Assembly: GCF_036321535.1 (NCBI RefSeq)
Contig: NC_087438.1
Span: 14,262,001 to 14,326,000, forward strand
From: Camelus dromedarius
Taxonomy: Eukaryota
Direction of reading: 5' to 3'
DNA: 64,000 nucleotides
The notes under the pieces are model-generated. The model was not told where the DNA came from, ran no database searches, and saw only the letters and a list, made by a program, of their open reading frames with translations. Numbering within the stretch: the first letter of the stretch is position 1; each line of letters opens with the position of its first letter. This document shows, one piece after another, positions 40,690-54,075 of this stretch. Made by a program: the position numbers and the translations under genes.

Positions 40690-41440
40690 CTGCATTTATT
40701 CAGTTGAAATACCATCTCTTTTCTCAAAGATCACCTACTCTCTCCTCCATATTTAAATTCCAAATAAACTGCCAATAATCTGGTTTTCTTTACCTAAATC
40801 TATTGTATAGCATTTATCATGTTCCAATATACTATTGGAGTGGACTCTATGGTCTGGCATCCAGACATCCCTGCAGAATTCATTCCCTCATCTCTTGGAG
40901 CTTGAGCTGTCAATAGCCCTCTGATGAATTTCTTCTCCAGGAATTCTCCCTACCTTAGAAAATATTCTTTCCCAAGATCATTATTTCTCCCAGTAGGCAA
41001 CCCACATTCTGAGGCTGATCATGAATAGAAGGAGGAAAGAAAAGCTTTTGCACTTGTTTCAAGTTGGAGCAATGATCAACAGATATTCCAGTACCAAAGC
41101 CCTTATGAGACCCTTTGTTAAGACTGTGCTGTAATTCCACTACTCCTTTGCCCAATTCTACTTCCTTCCTCCACAGATGTTTGTTGATCCCAAGGGAGCA
41201 ACTAATTAAACTTTCTACAGATGATTTTCCATAATAGGAGCTGTTCCCCAGAGAACTGAAATGAAGATATATACTATATAATTTGTCTAAGATGCTTGTT
41301 GTTTATCGTGCATCATCCTCCCCTAAAAATCAGCTCCCTAAGGAAAAGATGCTATACCACCAAGCATCAGAGATATAGTAGATGCTCCATGAACAGCCAT
41401 CACATAGGAGTGCTGAAAATGTGAGCTGAAAGGAAGAATG
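40690..41440 (+). mobile_element. L2a 3' end, split by an LTR insertion
   Basis: 'atagcatttatcatgttccaatatactat' resumes as 'atactatataatttg...cagctccctaaggaaaag...atagtagatgctc'. Confidence 0.7.
40836..41269 (+). mobile_element. LTR16-family (ERVL) solo LTR
   Basis: 'tgcccaattctacttccttcctccacagatg...gttgatcccaagggagcaactaattaaac...ctgttccccagagaac'. Confidence 0.8.
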
Positions 41441-41703
41441 AATCAATTTGCCACAAGGTCTAAGGAATTCAAGGGTTCAACACAGAATGACTTGGATGTA
41501 GCATTTACTAAATAGTAACATCCTTCTTTTTCTATCTCATAAATTCTTTTTGTGTTCAAAACATAATGATCAGTAGTATGGCCAAGCAGGTCTCAGAAAC
41601 TTGATTATTTGGGTCCAAGGAAACTTCATTTCCTTATGAAGAACTTCCGCATTAGGACCGTCTATATTAATGCTTAGGATCTCTTTATACTACTACTTGA
41701 AGA

Positions 41704-41761
41704 TCTTTTTCTTTTTTCTTTACTGAAGTGTAGTGGATTTACAATGTTGTGTTAGTTTCTG
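41704..41761 (-). mobile_element. ~55-bp LINE-1 terminal tail (cetartiodactyl type)
   Basis: T-rich run plus 'actgaagtgtagtggatttacaatgttgtgttagtttctg'; same tail as the element at 867-1011. Confidence 0.8.
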
Positions 41762-43539
41762 ATTTTTCTTCTTCATATCCCTCCTCTCCCATGTAGTTCT
41801 TGCTGCCTCATAGCTTCTGTACCCCTAACACAGATACAGCTTGGCTTGCCCATGGTCCTTCATGATCTACTGCAGACGTACGCATACTCTCAGAAACAGC
41901 ATTTACTATGCCCAGATGGTCTCTTAATTTCTCACTAATACTCTTTGTGAAAATGTATGTTCATTCCTGCCTTTTTCACAATTTATTAATCATTCTATGG
42001 ATTGATTGCTTTGAGTCAGATACTTAGATGAATCCAGTCAACTGGCCAGATGAAACAAAATCAAGTGTTCCAAATGGGACCATCTAAGACTGTGCCTGAG
42101 GTCAGAGCTTGGGAAAAGAGGAGGTCCCTACAAATAGGCTGCAAGTATAGCAGTCATGGCAATAAACATGTGTAGTAACACCTCTGTTTCAGAAGACCTG
42201 CCCTCGAAGGCAACACCATCATCTATATTCTGTGAAGGATGATCTATGCAGGAAACAGTCTGCTTTACTTTTATTTGTTTTATTTTTCCCTATAACCAAA
42301 CAAATTATGATTTTATTTTCCATAGCCAACTTCTATACAACGTGTGAGGGAATAATCATTTTAGACAAATGTAAGATCCATTTCTGACATTATCAATGAG
42401 AAAGATAAAATCTCCTTTGGGATCAATTCAAGGCTATGGGCAGGTATACTCAAGCGTAAAACATTCTTTACTTGTAAAATATCCTCGTGTTCACGTTTGG
42501 CAGCCACACAAAATAAGTTCTAAATTCTCAAATACTGAATTCCAAAAACATCTATTCTTTCAGTTGGATTTGTGTGTTTGTGTGTGTGGCATCAGCTTGT
42601 AAGTGTAAGCCAAGTAGACAGCATGTCTACAAAGGATGGTTTTGTCAACAGGCAAGTGAGCGGTTCTGCAACAATGCTGCTGGGAAATGTTCCACAGCAG
42701 GAAAGTGTATGGTATATTTCAGTCCCTCTAAGTATCTGTGTTCTGCACACATGCTTAGAGAGTCAGGCTAAGTGTGCATTTATAAAATAAGTAAATAAAC
42801 TAACCCAACAACTGACTTTCAGGAAAGCCTGCCTTATTTCAGCTACTGGTGCTTCAGAGATTTAGTTGCTATGACTTAAGGACATGGAGGAAGTGAATTT
42901 AGAGAACTGTGTGGAATCATCCCCTACAGAGTTAACATTACGGGTTATTTTTTGAAGAAATCTGCTGGTGTTGGGGTTGACATTTAGACTTACATTTTTA
43001 TCATCTGACCTGAAATAAAAGGTCCTTTATACTAATGACAGGAATGTATAAGCACCTGCCTCTGAGATCATTATGAACAATAGCCGCTGCTGTCTGTGGA
43101 TGAAAAGAACTGGCTCCTTGCCAGTGTTAAATAGGGCTTGTGCATTGAAGGTTTCAGTTTATTACTAAATTTAGAGTCCAAAAGGTTTCTATGTTCCAAA
43201 GTCACAAGTATGCACTTTCACATACAGGAATGGATGAGGTGTTTCTTAAAAATAAGTCTTTATTTGCCCTCAATAAAAGTTTTCATTTTATTTTTTTGTT
43301 GTTTTGTTTTTGTCCCAGTTCATTTTGTCTTAAATGTAATCTCAGATTCTAAGCACATACAAGAATTCTTTAGTCCTCATTTGAAGAAAGTAAAGGATAT
43401 TCTCTACCCAGAAATGCTGAGACAAAGCCAGAAGATAAAGAGAGTAGTTGGGTTCCGTATTCTTAAACAAAAATTAGTGGCTACAGTTGGCTTCTTTGTT
43501 TCCTTGTGTAGAACTAAGATGTCATCAATATGTTAATGA

Positions 43540-43672
43540 CAACCACTAAATAAAAATGTCAGCTTCATGAGGACAAAGACTCAGCTTGTCTTGTTAATTG
43601 CTGCACCCTCAGTGTTCAGCATAGTGTTCATCAGACAATAAAAACAAAAATATTTGTTCAGCATATGAATTA
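43540..43672 (+). mobile_element. LINE-2 3' terminus
   Basis: 'aatgtcagcttcatgaggacaaagac...tgtcttgttaattgctgcaccctcagtgttcagcatagtg...aaatatttgtt'. Confidence 0.8.
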
Positions 43673-44029
43673 AATTATAACTTATGGCTATGTCATTTAT
43701 CAATTTCTCTAAGGAAACTTGATCCACATAAAATCTCAAGAATTCAAAAGAAGATTATGAATTTATCCCAATCTTTGGAAAGATCTTAAATCTTTTTTCC
43801 TGTGTACATTTGGTGTATTTGTGGGAGAGGGTGAGCTACAAGCATCCTTCTACTCCATCATCTCGGCCCCTCCCCACCATGTACATTTTGAATCATCTAT
43901 TAGGAATAATTCACGTAAACATTGTCTTCTATGATTTAGACCGATTTTTTTTATCCTACTGCACCAAAATTATTAATTCACATAAGGATCAAGATACACC
44001 CCATCCTCTTTATAAGCTTATTTATCCAC

Positions 44030-44165
44030 CCATTAAGAATTCATTTAACAAGTATGTTTGTCAGATTGACAATATTTTGTTTCTAAGCACTGTGCCAGAT
44101 GTCATTCTAGGCACTGAGGTTACAAAGCCTTAAACAAAGACTCGTATCATGAAATTTAGCATCTG
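44030..44165 (-). mobile_element. LINE-2 3' terminus
   Basis: 'attcatttaacaagtat...ctgtgccagatgtcattctaggcactgaggttaca'. Confidence 0.75.
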
Positions 44166-45821
44166 TAATTTACTATGTTTTAAAATGGATATCATACTTA
44201 ATTAATTTTCTATAATATGACTGTCATTTACCCATGGATGGCATTTTAAGTCTCTATAAAGAATCAGAGAGGTCAACCAAAGTAACTACTCTATTCTTTG
44301 TGATAATGAAATTTAAATCTCTTTATCTTCCTGAATCATCTCTGCAATTCTGGTAAGAGAATATTCTTTCCTTAACTGTTTTTAAATGGTAAAGATTTGA
44401 TGTATGTGTTTAGAATGCTGAGTACTGAAACCACATTCACTTACACAAAATATGTGTAATCTTTCAAGAATTTTAAGCATTTTTTTTTCAATTGTATATT
44501 ATATGCAATTGTTAAAAGACCTTCCCAGCATTGTGTAGATGTGAAATGGTCTTATCACTGAAGGGGAAGAGACCCTTTCTCAAATTGGTATATTGTTAAA
44601 ATGAGGTAAATACTGAATTAGAAGAAGTCATTCTTCAAATTATGTCTAGTATAATTATAATAGCATAATAATTGTTAACATAATGCTTACAGGATAACAT
44701 ATTTCAAAAATATAAACTAAAGAAATATTAAAATAAATAAAATTAAGAGTTTTATGTAAGGGCTAGCTATTTTTTGTGATTACTTTTTTCTTCAAATATA
44801 CAGCATTTTTGAAGGCCATGTATAAGAAAAGATTGAGAAATTAAAAAGATGGAAAGTAGAGATTTTTTTCCCACACTGCAATAACATTCTATAGTCTATT
44901 TCAGTTTCCTGTCCTAACCAAAGGATCAAAGTATAAATCCAAACATCCCATAGAAATCAAATTAAAACGTGGTCATGGAGAATAGATTGCAACAGAAAAC
45001 AGATACTAGAGAAATAAACACTTGCAAGCTTTTATGAATGTATCAACATTATTAACTGAAAAATATGACATAGAGAACTCTGGTTTACAAGATCATCACT
45101 ATTATATCCCCAAAAGACTGTTGTAGTTGTAACTATTATTAAACTGGCCGAGTTGGAACTTAGAAAGTTTTTCGAATCATATCAACAACTTGAAAATCAA
45201 AATTACAATTAAAAGAACATGGATTAAAAATGCAATTGGTATCCTTAACTAATAACTACTTAGTTACAAAAGTTTACCAGTTTATGCCATAAACTTCCTC
45301 ATATTAACTGTAAAATTTTGAAAAATTATGAAATATGCATGAAATAAGTATGAACTCAGTGTAAGCAACTATGCATTATTTAGCAAAATGCATTAGTTTT
45401 AAAACAAAAACAATGTTACTTTAAAATTAAATTACCCGTTTTAATATAAAGAAAAAGATACTGTGGTAATATACTCAAACTTACATCATCTTATCCTATG
45501 TACTCAATTCTGCAGAGATGAAAGCTATACAAATATTTGCATGCTATTAAAATATATTAAAATGGTTCTAAACAAAACAAACCTTAAAGATATATTTGAA
45601 TCAGTTTGAATATTGTTTCTTATTAAATGAAATTGAATATTTTGTGGATTAGCATTTACTATTAGAACATTCAGGGAAGATTTATCCATATATCTCTATC
45701 AATATCATTCCTTAAGTAGCATTGAATTAGTTCTATAATGAGCTATTTAAAAAGAAATAAAAATAAGTAATTTTAGTAAAATAAACATATTATCAAAGTT
45801 CTGATAAAATTAAACAGAACT

Positions 45822-48800
45822 CAACACCAGAGCACATAAACACATAAAGCAGATATTTACTGAACTGAAGGAGAGGAATAGACAACAATACAATAATACT
45901 AGGGGACATCAATGCCTCACTTTCAATAATGGATAGATCAGCCAGACAGAAATCCAATACAAAAATATTGGACTTAAATCATACATTCAACCAGATGGAC
46001 TTAATAGATACTTACAGAACATCCCAACCAACAACAGCAGAATACACATTATTTTCAACAACTCATGGGACGTTCACCAGGATAGATCATATGTTAGGTC
46101 ACAAAATCTTACCAAATTTAAAAAGAATGAAATCATATCAAGCATCTTTTCCAACCACAGTGCTATAAAACTAGAACTCAATCACAAAAAGGAAACTGGA
46201 AAATTCATAAGCATGTGGAGATTAAACAACATGCCACTGAACAACTGATTTTTTGAAAAAAAAAATAGGCTGTCAGGAAAAATAGAGAGGTCCCAAATAG
46301 GTAAAAATATAAATGAAGGAAGAGAACTTACAACTGATAACACACAAATACAAAGAATCAAAAGAGACTACAATGAAAAATTATACAACAAAAAAAAAAT
46401 CAAAAGATGAATCAAGAAATATATTTAGACAAGCGAAAATGGAAACACAATACAGAAAAATATATGGGATGCTATAAAAGCAGTTCTGAGATGGAAGTTT
46501 ATAGTGATAAACACCTACATTAAGAATAAAAAATGAAAGCTCTTAAGCAATATCCTTTACACCTAAAGAGCTAGAAAAAAAAAAAAAAAGGCTAAAGTTA
46601 GCAAAAATAAAGAAATAACAAAAATCAGGGTGAAAAATAAATAAAATAGAGACTAACACAATAGAAAAGATCAATGAAATCAAGAGCTTAAAAAAACAGA
46701 CAAAATAGAGCTTTAGCTAGGCTAATTGTTAAAAAAAAAAAAGTGGTCTCAGATAAGTAAAAGTACAAATGTAGAGAACTTACAACCAATAACACACAAA
46801 TACAAAGAACCAAAAGAGGCTGCTATGAAAAATAATGAACTAGCAAATTGGACAACTTAAAATAAATGGATAAATTCCTAGAAACATATAACCTACCAAG
46901 ATTAAATAATGACAAAATGAAAATCTGAACACATCTATTACTAGTAAGGAGATAAAATCAGCTATCAAAAAGCAAAGGAAAACTCAGGGGCAGATGGCTT
47001 CACTGGTGATTTCTAACAAACATTTAAAGAAGAATTAATATCAATCCTTCTTAAATTCTTCCAAGAGATAAAAGAGGAAGGAACTCTTCCAAAATCATTT
47101 TATAAAGCCAACATTACCCTAATACCAAAACCAGATAAAGGCACTATAAGAAAAGAAAATTACAGGCCAATATGTCTGATGAACATAGGCACAAAAATCC
47201 TCAACAAAATATCAGCAAAAACAAATTAAAACAGTACATTAAAAGGATCATACATTACGATCAAGGGGGATTTATTCCAGGGATACACGGATGTTTCAAC
47301 ATCTATAAAATCAATTTGACATACCAGATTAAAAGAATGAAGAATACAAATCAAATGATTATCTTCATAAATACAGAAAAAGCATTTGACAGAACTCAGT
47401 ATCCTTTCATGATAACAACTTTCAACAAATTGAGTAAAAATGGAACGTACCTCAATATAATAAAGGCCATATATAACAATGGCATAGCTAGCCTCATACT
47501 AAACAATGAGAAGCTGAAATCTTTTCCTTAAAGATCAGGAACAAGGGTGTCCACTCTTACACATTTATTTAACACAGAACTAGAAGTTCTAGCCAGAGCA
47601 ATTTGGCAAGAAAAATAAATAGAAAGCATCCACGTCAGAAAGGAAGAAGTAAAAAATCATCTCTATTTATCAATGACATTATATATAAGAAAAACAAACA
47701 ACCCCACCAAAACACTGTTAGAACTAATAAATAAGTTCAGTAAAGTTGCAGGATAAAAAATCAATCTACAAAAATGAAATTTAAAAGTCACATTTACAAT
47801 AGCATCAAAAATCATACTTAGAAATAAATTTAACCAAGGAGGCAAAAGATCTGTACACTAAAAACTACAAAATATTACTAAAGGAAATTGAAGAAAATAC
47901 AAATAAACAGAAAGACATTCTATGTTCACAAATTGGAAGAATATTTTTAAAAGGCATAAACTACCCAAAGTGATTTACAGATTTGATGCAATCCTAATTT
48001 AAATCCCAAGGATGTTTTTACAAAAATAGAGGGAAAAAATCCTAAAACTTGTATGGGACAAAAAAAGACCTTGAATAGTCAAAGCAATCTTAGGGAAGAA
48101 AATCAAAACTGGAAGCATCATCCTTCTGATTTCAAACACTATTACAAAGCTATAGTAATCAAAATAGTATATTGGAATAAAGATAAACAGATAGATAAAT
48201 GGAGCAGAATAGAGAACCTCAAAATAAACCCAGGTGTATATGGTCAATTAGTTTACCACAAAGGAGCCAAGAATATACAATGCAGAAAGAATAGTCTCTT
48301 CAATAAATGGTATTGGGAAAACTGGCCAGCCACATGCAGAAGAATGAAACTGACCCCCTATGTTATACCATACACAAAACTCAACTGAAAATGGATTATA
48401 GACTTAAATGTAACACCTGACACCGTAAAACCTCTAGAAGAAAACAGGAGTAAGCTCCTTGGTATCAGTCTTGACAGGTATATTTTACATTTGACCCCAG
48501 AAGCAAAGGCCACAAAGGCAAAAACAAAGCAGAACCCTCTCAAATTAAAAAGCTTCTGCACAAAAAAGGAAATTATCAACAAAATTAAAAGGCAACATAC
48601 AGAATGGGAAAATTATTTCCAAATCTTATATCTGATAAGGAGTTAATATCTAAAATATATAAAGAATCTATACAAGGAACAACAAAAAAAAATTTTAAAG
48701 AGCAAATAATCTAAATAGATACTTTTCCAAAGACAACATACAAATGGCCAACATGTGCATGAAAAGATAGTCAACGTCAATAATCATCAAGGTAATACAT

Positions 48801-49630
48801 AGCAAAACCACAATGAAATAGCCATTCTAACATATGTGAGTTGGTATCAGCAAAAAAGACTAGAGATAGACGTTGGTGAGGATGTGGGGAAAAAGGAACA
48901 TTTTCTCCATTGGTAAGAATGTAAATTGGTGCATCCGCTATGAAAAAAAAAGTATAGAAGTCTGAGAAATTTAAAATAGATCTACCATATGATTCAGCAA
49001 TCCTACTTCTGGATATATGTCCAAAGGAAAAGAAAACACAATCTGGAAGAAATATCTGCACTTCCATTTTCATTGCAGGGTTATTCACAATATCCAAGAA
49101 ATGGAAACAATCAAAGTTTCCATTAATGGATTAACAGATAAAGAAGATGTAGTATACCAGTATACACAACGGAATATCATTCAGCCATGGACCCTGGGGA
49201 CACTATGCTGCATCAAATATGTCAGGCAGAAAAAGAAAAATACTATATGATGTCACTTCTAGGTGGAATCTAAAGTAGATCTTAGAGAAACAGAAACGAG
49301 AATGGTGGTTACCAGAGGCTGGACAGTGCAGGAAAATAAATGTTGATCAAATACAAACTTCCAGCCACATGATGAGTAAGTTCTGGGGATCTAACATACA
49401 GCATTGTGATTATGCTTATTAACACTGTTATATCTCTGAAAGTTGATAAAAACACAGATTTAAAAGTTCTCACTACAAATAAGAAATGGTTCTGATGTGA
49501 TGTGATTCAGGTGTTAGCTAAAACTATGGTGGTAATTATTTTGCCATACATTAGTGTATCAAATCAACACCCTGTACAGCTTAAACTTATACATGTTATA
49601 CCAGTTATATCCCAATAAAGCTGGAAAAAT
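45822..49630 (+). mobile_element. 5'-truncated LINE-1 (laurasiatherian L1MA-type), ORF2 endonuclease through 3' UTR, multiply disrupted
   Basis: ORF 45929-46168 (endonuclease: QMDLIDTYRT...HGTFTRIDHMLGHK), ORF 47172-47531 (RT: KRIIHYDQGGFIPG...KAFD) and ORF 48053-48388 (DFKHYYKAIVIK...FNKWYWENW); 3' end 'aataaagctggaaaaa'. Confidence 0.97.
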
Positions 49631-50269
49631 AGTAACTATGGATAATATGAAGATAAAGTTTGTTTAAAGTAAAATATTAAGCATCTTAAAATTGAACAAT
49701 GTAACTACTTCCAACCTAAAATTACAAAAATATTTTTAAATAGATATTGACAAAACCAAGCATTAAAGCAACAACTCAACCTGCCATCTACAGATAGTGG
49801 TGTTGCCTGTATGTTTCATTTTAGATTTATGAATAATGAGATTTAAAGATAGATTTTCTTGTATATGAAATTGGATGAACACTCGGGAAAATGTTTGGAA
49901 ATAAATTTGCCAAATATTACCAGCCTTCATACTTGATGAGTAAGAATGGTGAGATTACTTTCTTCTGTATTATTAAAAATTGGTTAGAAACATAGTAAAG
50001 TTATTGAAGCTAAGTAATGAGAATATTAGTAAAAGTATCAGTGTGCAATTAAAATGGTGAGATGACTTACCCACATTTATCTTATAAAAATGGCAAATTG
50101 GACATAGTTTTGCTTTAGTAAATACTTATGGTTAATAAACAAAATCTTCCTTTAAAAACCAGCATATCTTTTACTCTCTTGTTTTACAGTTTGACATGTA
50201 CTACAGAAAATTGTACAACAATGAGATCATTTCATGATGTAGATCTTTAAAAGGCCTGAAACAAAAGCA

Positions 50270-50495
50270 ATTATCAGCACTTAGATGGCACTCATTGCGG
50301 GCCAAGCACTGTTCTAAATCCATCATCTGTGTTCATAATTTAACCCTCATAAAACACAGTGATGGAGGTACTATTATGTCTCCTATTATATACTGGAGAA
50401 CACTGAGGCTCACAGGGACTAATTCCTTAAGTGATACAGATGGAAAGAGGTGGTGCCAGCTTCTGAACCCAAATGAGGTTTAGAATGGGTTCACT
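50270..50495 (-). mobile_element. MIR SINE
   Basis: 'gccaagcactgttctaa...atttaaccctcataaaac...gaggtactattatg...aacactgaggctcacaggg...tgaacccaaa'. Confidence 0.88.
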
Positions 50496-51092
50496 CAGTG
50501 ACTTCCCACACAAATACAGCAGCAGTGTGGTTGCTGCCTTATAAGACGTCGATGAGATGGCACAGTACTAACCTTCAATGACAATGCAAAAGGTTGGTTA
50601 TGTAGGTATTTTATTATGTATAATAATCAAAACATTGGAAGATGTCTCTACTTTTCCTGTATTTAGGTTGATGGAGAGAGCATTTAACCAAATGAACCTT
50701 AACTGGCATGGAAACAACCGTCAAAAGGAATGGCTCTTCTATTTTCTTAAAAACATCTATTACAAAAAGAAATACCTTACACATCTAGACATTCAAAATC
50801 CCTTAAAATACGTTGCGATCAGACAGAATACTTGGGTCAAACCCTTTAAACAATAAAATAATAGCTAAGTACATTTTATGGAAGATAATGAACAACTGAT
50901 CAATGCTCCCAATTTATTGTTTTAAATGATTCTTCACTTAAATCTTATTATAAACTTATATTTGGAGTATAAATTACATTGAATTTGGTCTAATATGCTT
51001 CTTTAGAAATAAAAAGAACTGTGCCTTTGATCAAAGTTTTCAACTATCAGTATTTTGGGCCATTCATCAACAGGTATTTGAAGTACTGGTTT

Positions 51093-51133
51093 TTTATGAG
51101 AACTTTTCATTTATGAGAACTTTTCATTTATGA
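51093..51133. repeat. 17-bp tandem duplication (~2.4 copies)
   Basis: tttatgagaacttttca x2 followed by tttatga. Confidence 0.95.
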
Positions 51134-51460
51134 ATTCTTTACTAAAGTATCATTGAATCAGCTTATAAATATTATGGACTAATTTTTCATAAAATGCCTA
51201 TTCAATTACATCAGAAGGAAATATTCTCAGTACCATACACTAAAAAAAAAAGAAGTTAGTTCTTTACCTTTTAATACTATTTTTCACCTTTCTAAATGAT
51301 TTCACAAATACTTTGTTTTATTAACATTAATAAACTTTATGAGCTTTGCATATTAGGAATTAGCTATGTGTTGGTGACTGTAAGCAAAATTTTAAGTTGT
51401 AAGAATTCTCTGTATCTCCATTTACTTACTATTATTATGTACAATTATAGAAATCGCTAA

Positions 51461-51504
51461 GAACCACAGTTCAAATATGAACCACAGTTCAAATATGAAC
51501 CACA
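51461..51504. repeat. 18-bp tandem duplication (~2.4 copies)
   Basis: gaaccacagttcaaatat x2 followed by gaaccaca. Confidence 0.95.
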
Positions 51505-53904
51505 AAAAAGGAAAACTTTTCATTGAGCCACAGTGGGCATTGACAAATAATCACATTTTGCTAGTGAGCAATATAACCACAAATTTTAACATCTAGTCCA
51601 AATGTTTCATTTAGCTGAAAAAATCACTTGGGTTATTGTTTCAGATGTCTTTCAAATAATGCAGTTGCCTTGGTAAATTCTGAGTCCCAGACACTGTGCT
51701 GGTGCCAGAGTCTAAACAAGATACTAAACCTCCCTTTCTCCACAAGACATAGATATTCTGCCTCCTAAATATCTTTAGATTTAAATGTACCATGTACTTT
51801 CCCCTTCTGTATTTCACAACTAGTATGGAGCTGACCCGGTCAGCACTGAATACGTGTTGCCTGCATACTTGTCTACACAAACAGATGTCGTGTTTCTCAT
51901 GGGTAGTAACGTTACTTAGCATAAAACTCAGTGTCCAGCACAGATACATAGTAAGGAAAAATTCGTAATGAACTAAAAGCTAGTTTTAAACATGCATGTG
52001 ATTTCTTTGGGATGCTTCCTATGTTGTATTATAATGCATTATATTTTATACCAGATAAAATAATTTGGATAATATATTTACAATTGATACATGCCTTTAA
52101 TGTGTTATTGTGAAAACAAGCATTATTTGCCATCAGTCTATAGTCGCAGAAACCACACAGCATAAAAGGTGGCAGTGACAGATAATCTCTGGACTTCATA
52201 AATTGAAAGCACTGTGGTTGAAAGTCAGCTATTTGATTTAGAATGTAACACAAAAGCCTGATGACATTTTTTCCCATTTCATATACGGACAAACTGAAGA
52301 GTAAAAGATAAATTGACTTTATCAAGAAAAATTGGCAAATAAAATGGCTCGTCACTGCTATTTATCTTGATTCCTGTGTTTCTTGCTCTTAATCGGGGGC
52401 TGTTTCAGGAGCCAAGCTCTTTTTTCTTAAGGGAAAAACGTGTCAACAACCCCAGTTTCATTTATTATGATAAATAAACTTTATCTCCTTCTTAATTTCT
52501 CTGTGATTTCCTGCGTGTTTACAGACACAATTTATTTGTCCGAGTTTGTTTTTAAGTTATCAGTTCTATTGCTTCACTTTTTAGATACCTGTAGGCAAAA
52601 TAGCACTTAACTGAAGACCTTGGTTCTTTTGCAGAGCAGATGGCTTACGGGCATGTGGCCTTACAACAGCCAATTAGGATCCTCAGTTTTTGTCAGGAAC
52701 TGTATATAATAAAGACATGGTATGTGCTCAGCTTAATACACTGAGCTATTACGAGAACTATTTGGAATAACTTCTATGAAAACATCTTTATAAATTATGA
52801 AATCTACAAATACAAGGCATAACACATAACAGATTGCCTTACAAATGTAATACAGTTACTTTTGTTTTGTATTTGTATAACTAGTTTTACAAACTAGTAA
52901 AATTAGTATACATGAACTTTATCATAGGGAGTAATTTTTTTTTTTTTTAAGAGTTGTGTATTTGCTGGTGCTTGTGATTAGATTTTCCCTGAGGGCCTTA
53001 AAATATGCGCTACTTAGATTGTGAAAACCAGTTTGTTCCTCCATATTGAATCCACGTATGTGCACTATGGTCCTGCCCAAATCACAGTGCTTTGCTTCGA
53101 CACCCTGAACATTACCAAGAAAATTACATAATTTATTGTCTTAGGTACATCTATGATGCAGTCTCCACAGGTTTATGACTTCCAAGTTTTGTCAGAGTTT
53201 TAGGGAAATATATCCTTTATAATTTTTTACTTGATTTTACAATTTTCTTTTACTAATTTTAAATTGAGTTTAAAAGCTTCCTTGGGTATCTCTGCTCATT
53301 AAAAATGAAAAACTAACATATATAATAAAATTTTACTTTGGAATATATCATTTGTATAGTCTATTCCAGGGGTTGATGTTAAGTAGATACGATTAATTTG
53401 GTATAAAAATTTCAACACAAAAATTAAAATAGTATAAATAATTTAACTGTAGTTTAAAATTTAATTTTCTTAAAATAGATAGATTATGAGCAAAGTGCCT
53501 TGAACAGTAGCTTAGATTTTCATAATTTTATAAGAAAAAGATGAAAGATATTAGAAGTTACAATATTAAGATATCTTGAGATTTTAAAAAGGATATGAAA
53601 TATCATAAAGGCAATTCTTACAGTGCTTTGAATGAATTTACTCATTTTTTCAAAATATATTCAAATAACTACATGGAACTCACTGGAGGAGACTTCACAA
53701 TGGGGTTGTTTTTATTGATTGCATTTTCAAAATAGGTTTATGTATTTTTAAAAAATATGCAAAAATTATGATGATTAATGCTGGAAAAGCAATATGACAA
53801 ATCTGGCCAGGATAGATCTTGTAACAAAACCTGCATCAACTGAGAATAAATTCTGAAAGTCCAAACAATAGTATAAATTTTAATTTTGCTTGTGTCCTGA
53901 GTCT

Positions 53905-54075
53905 GTATACATTTCTCTGGCTGCCTTGATTCTGGAGCACATGAAGAAATTTTTGAAAATGCAGAGACTCAGGCTCCAGGCTTTCTCAGATTCTAACAAA
54001 GAGGCTTGGGCTGTGGACTCTCTGCCAGTCTCCCTCCCCCCTTGACATTCCCTATAACTATGGGGATACAGTCAA
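53905..54075. mobile_element. MER5A-like hAT MITE remnant
   Basis: 'ttttgaaaatgcagagactcaggctcc...cagattctaacaaagaggcttgggctgtggac'. Confidence 0.5.

Noticed and set aside
45822..49630. An active reverse transcriptase or novel RT system
   Set aside because: It is an ordinary dead L1: 5'-truncated, with many stops, frameshifts and deletions.
50645..50856. Possible exon after the acceptor-like 'ttttcctgtatttag'
   Set aside because: The translation is unrecognisable, there is no convincing donor site and no partner exons.
51093..51504. CRISPR-like repeat array
   Set aside because: The units are head-to-tail with no spacers, have only ~2.4 copies each, and lie in mammalian DNA with no cas genes.
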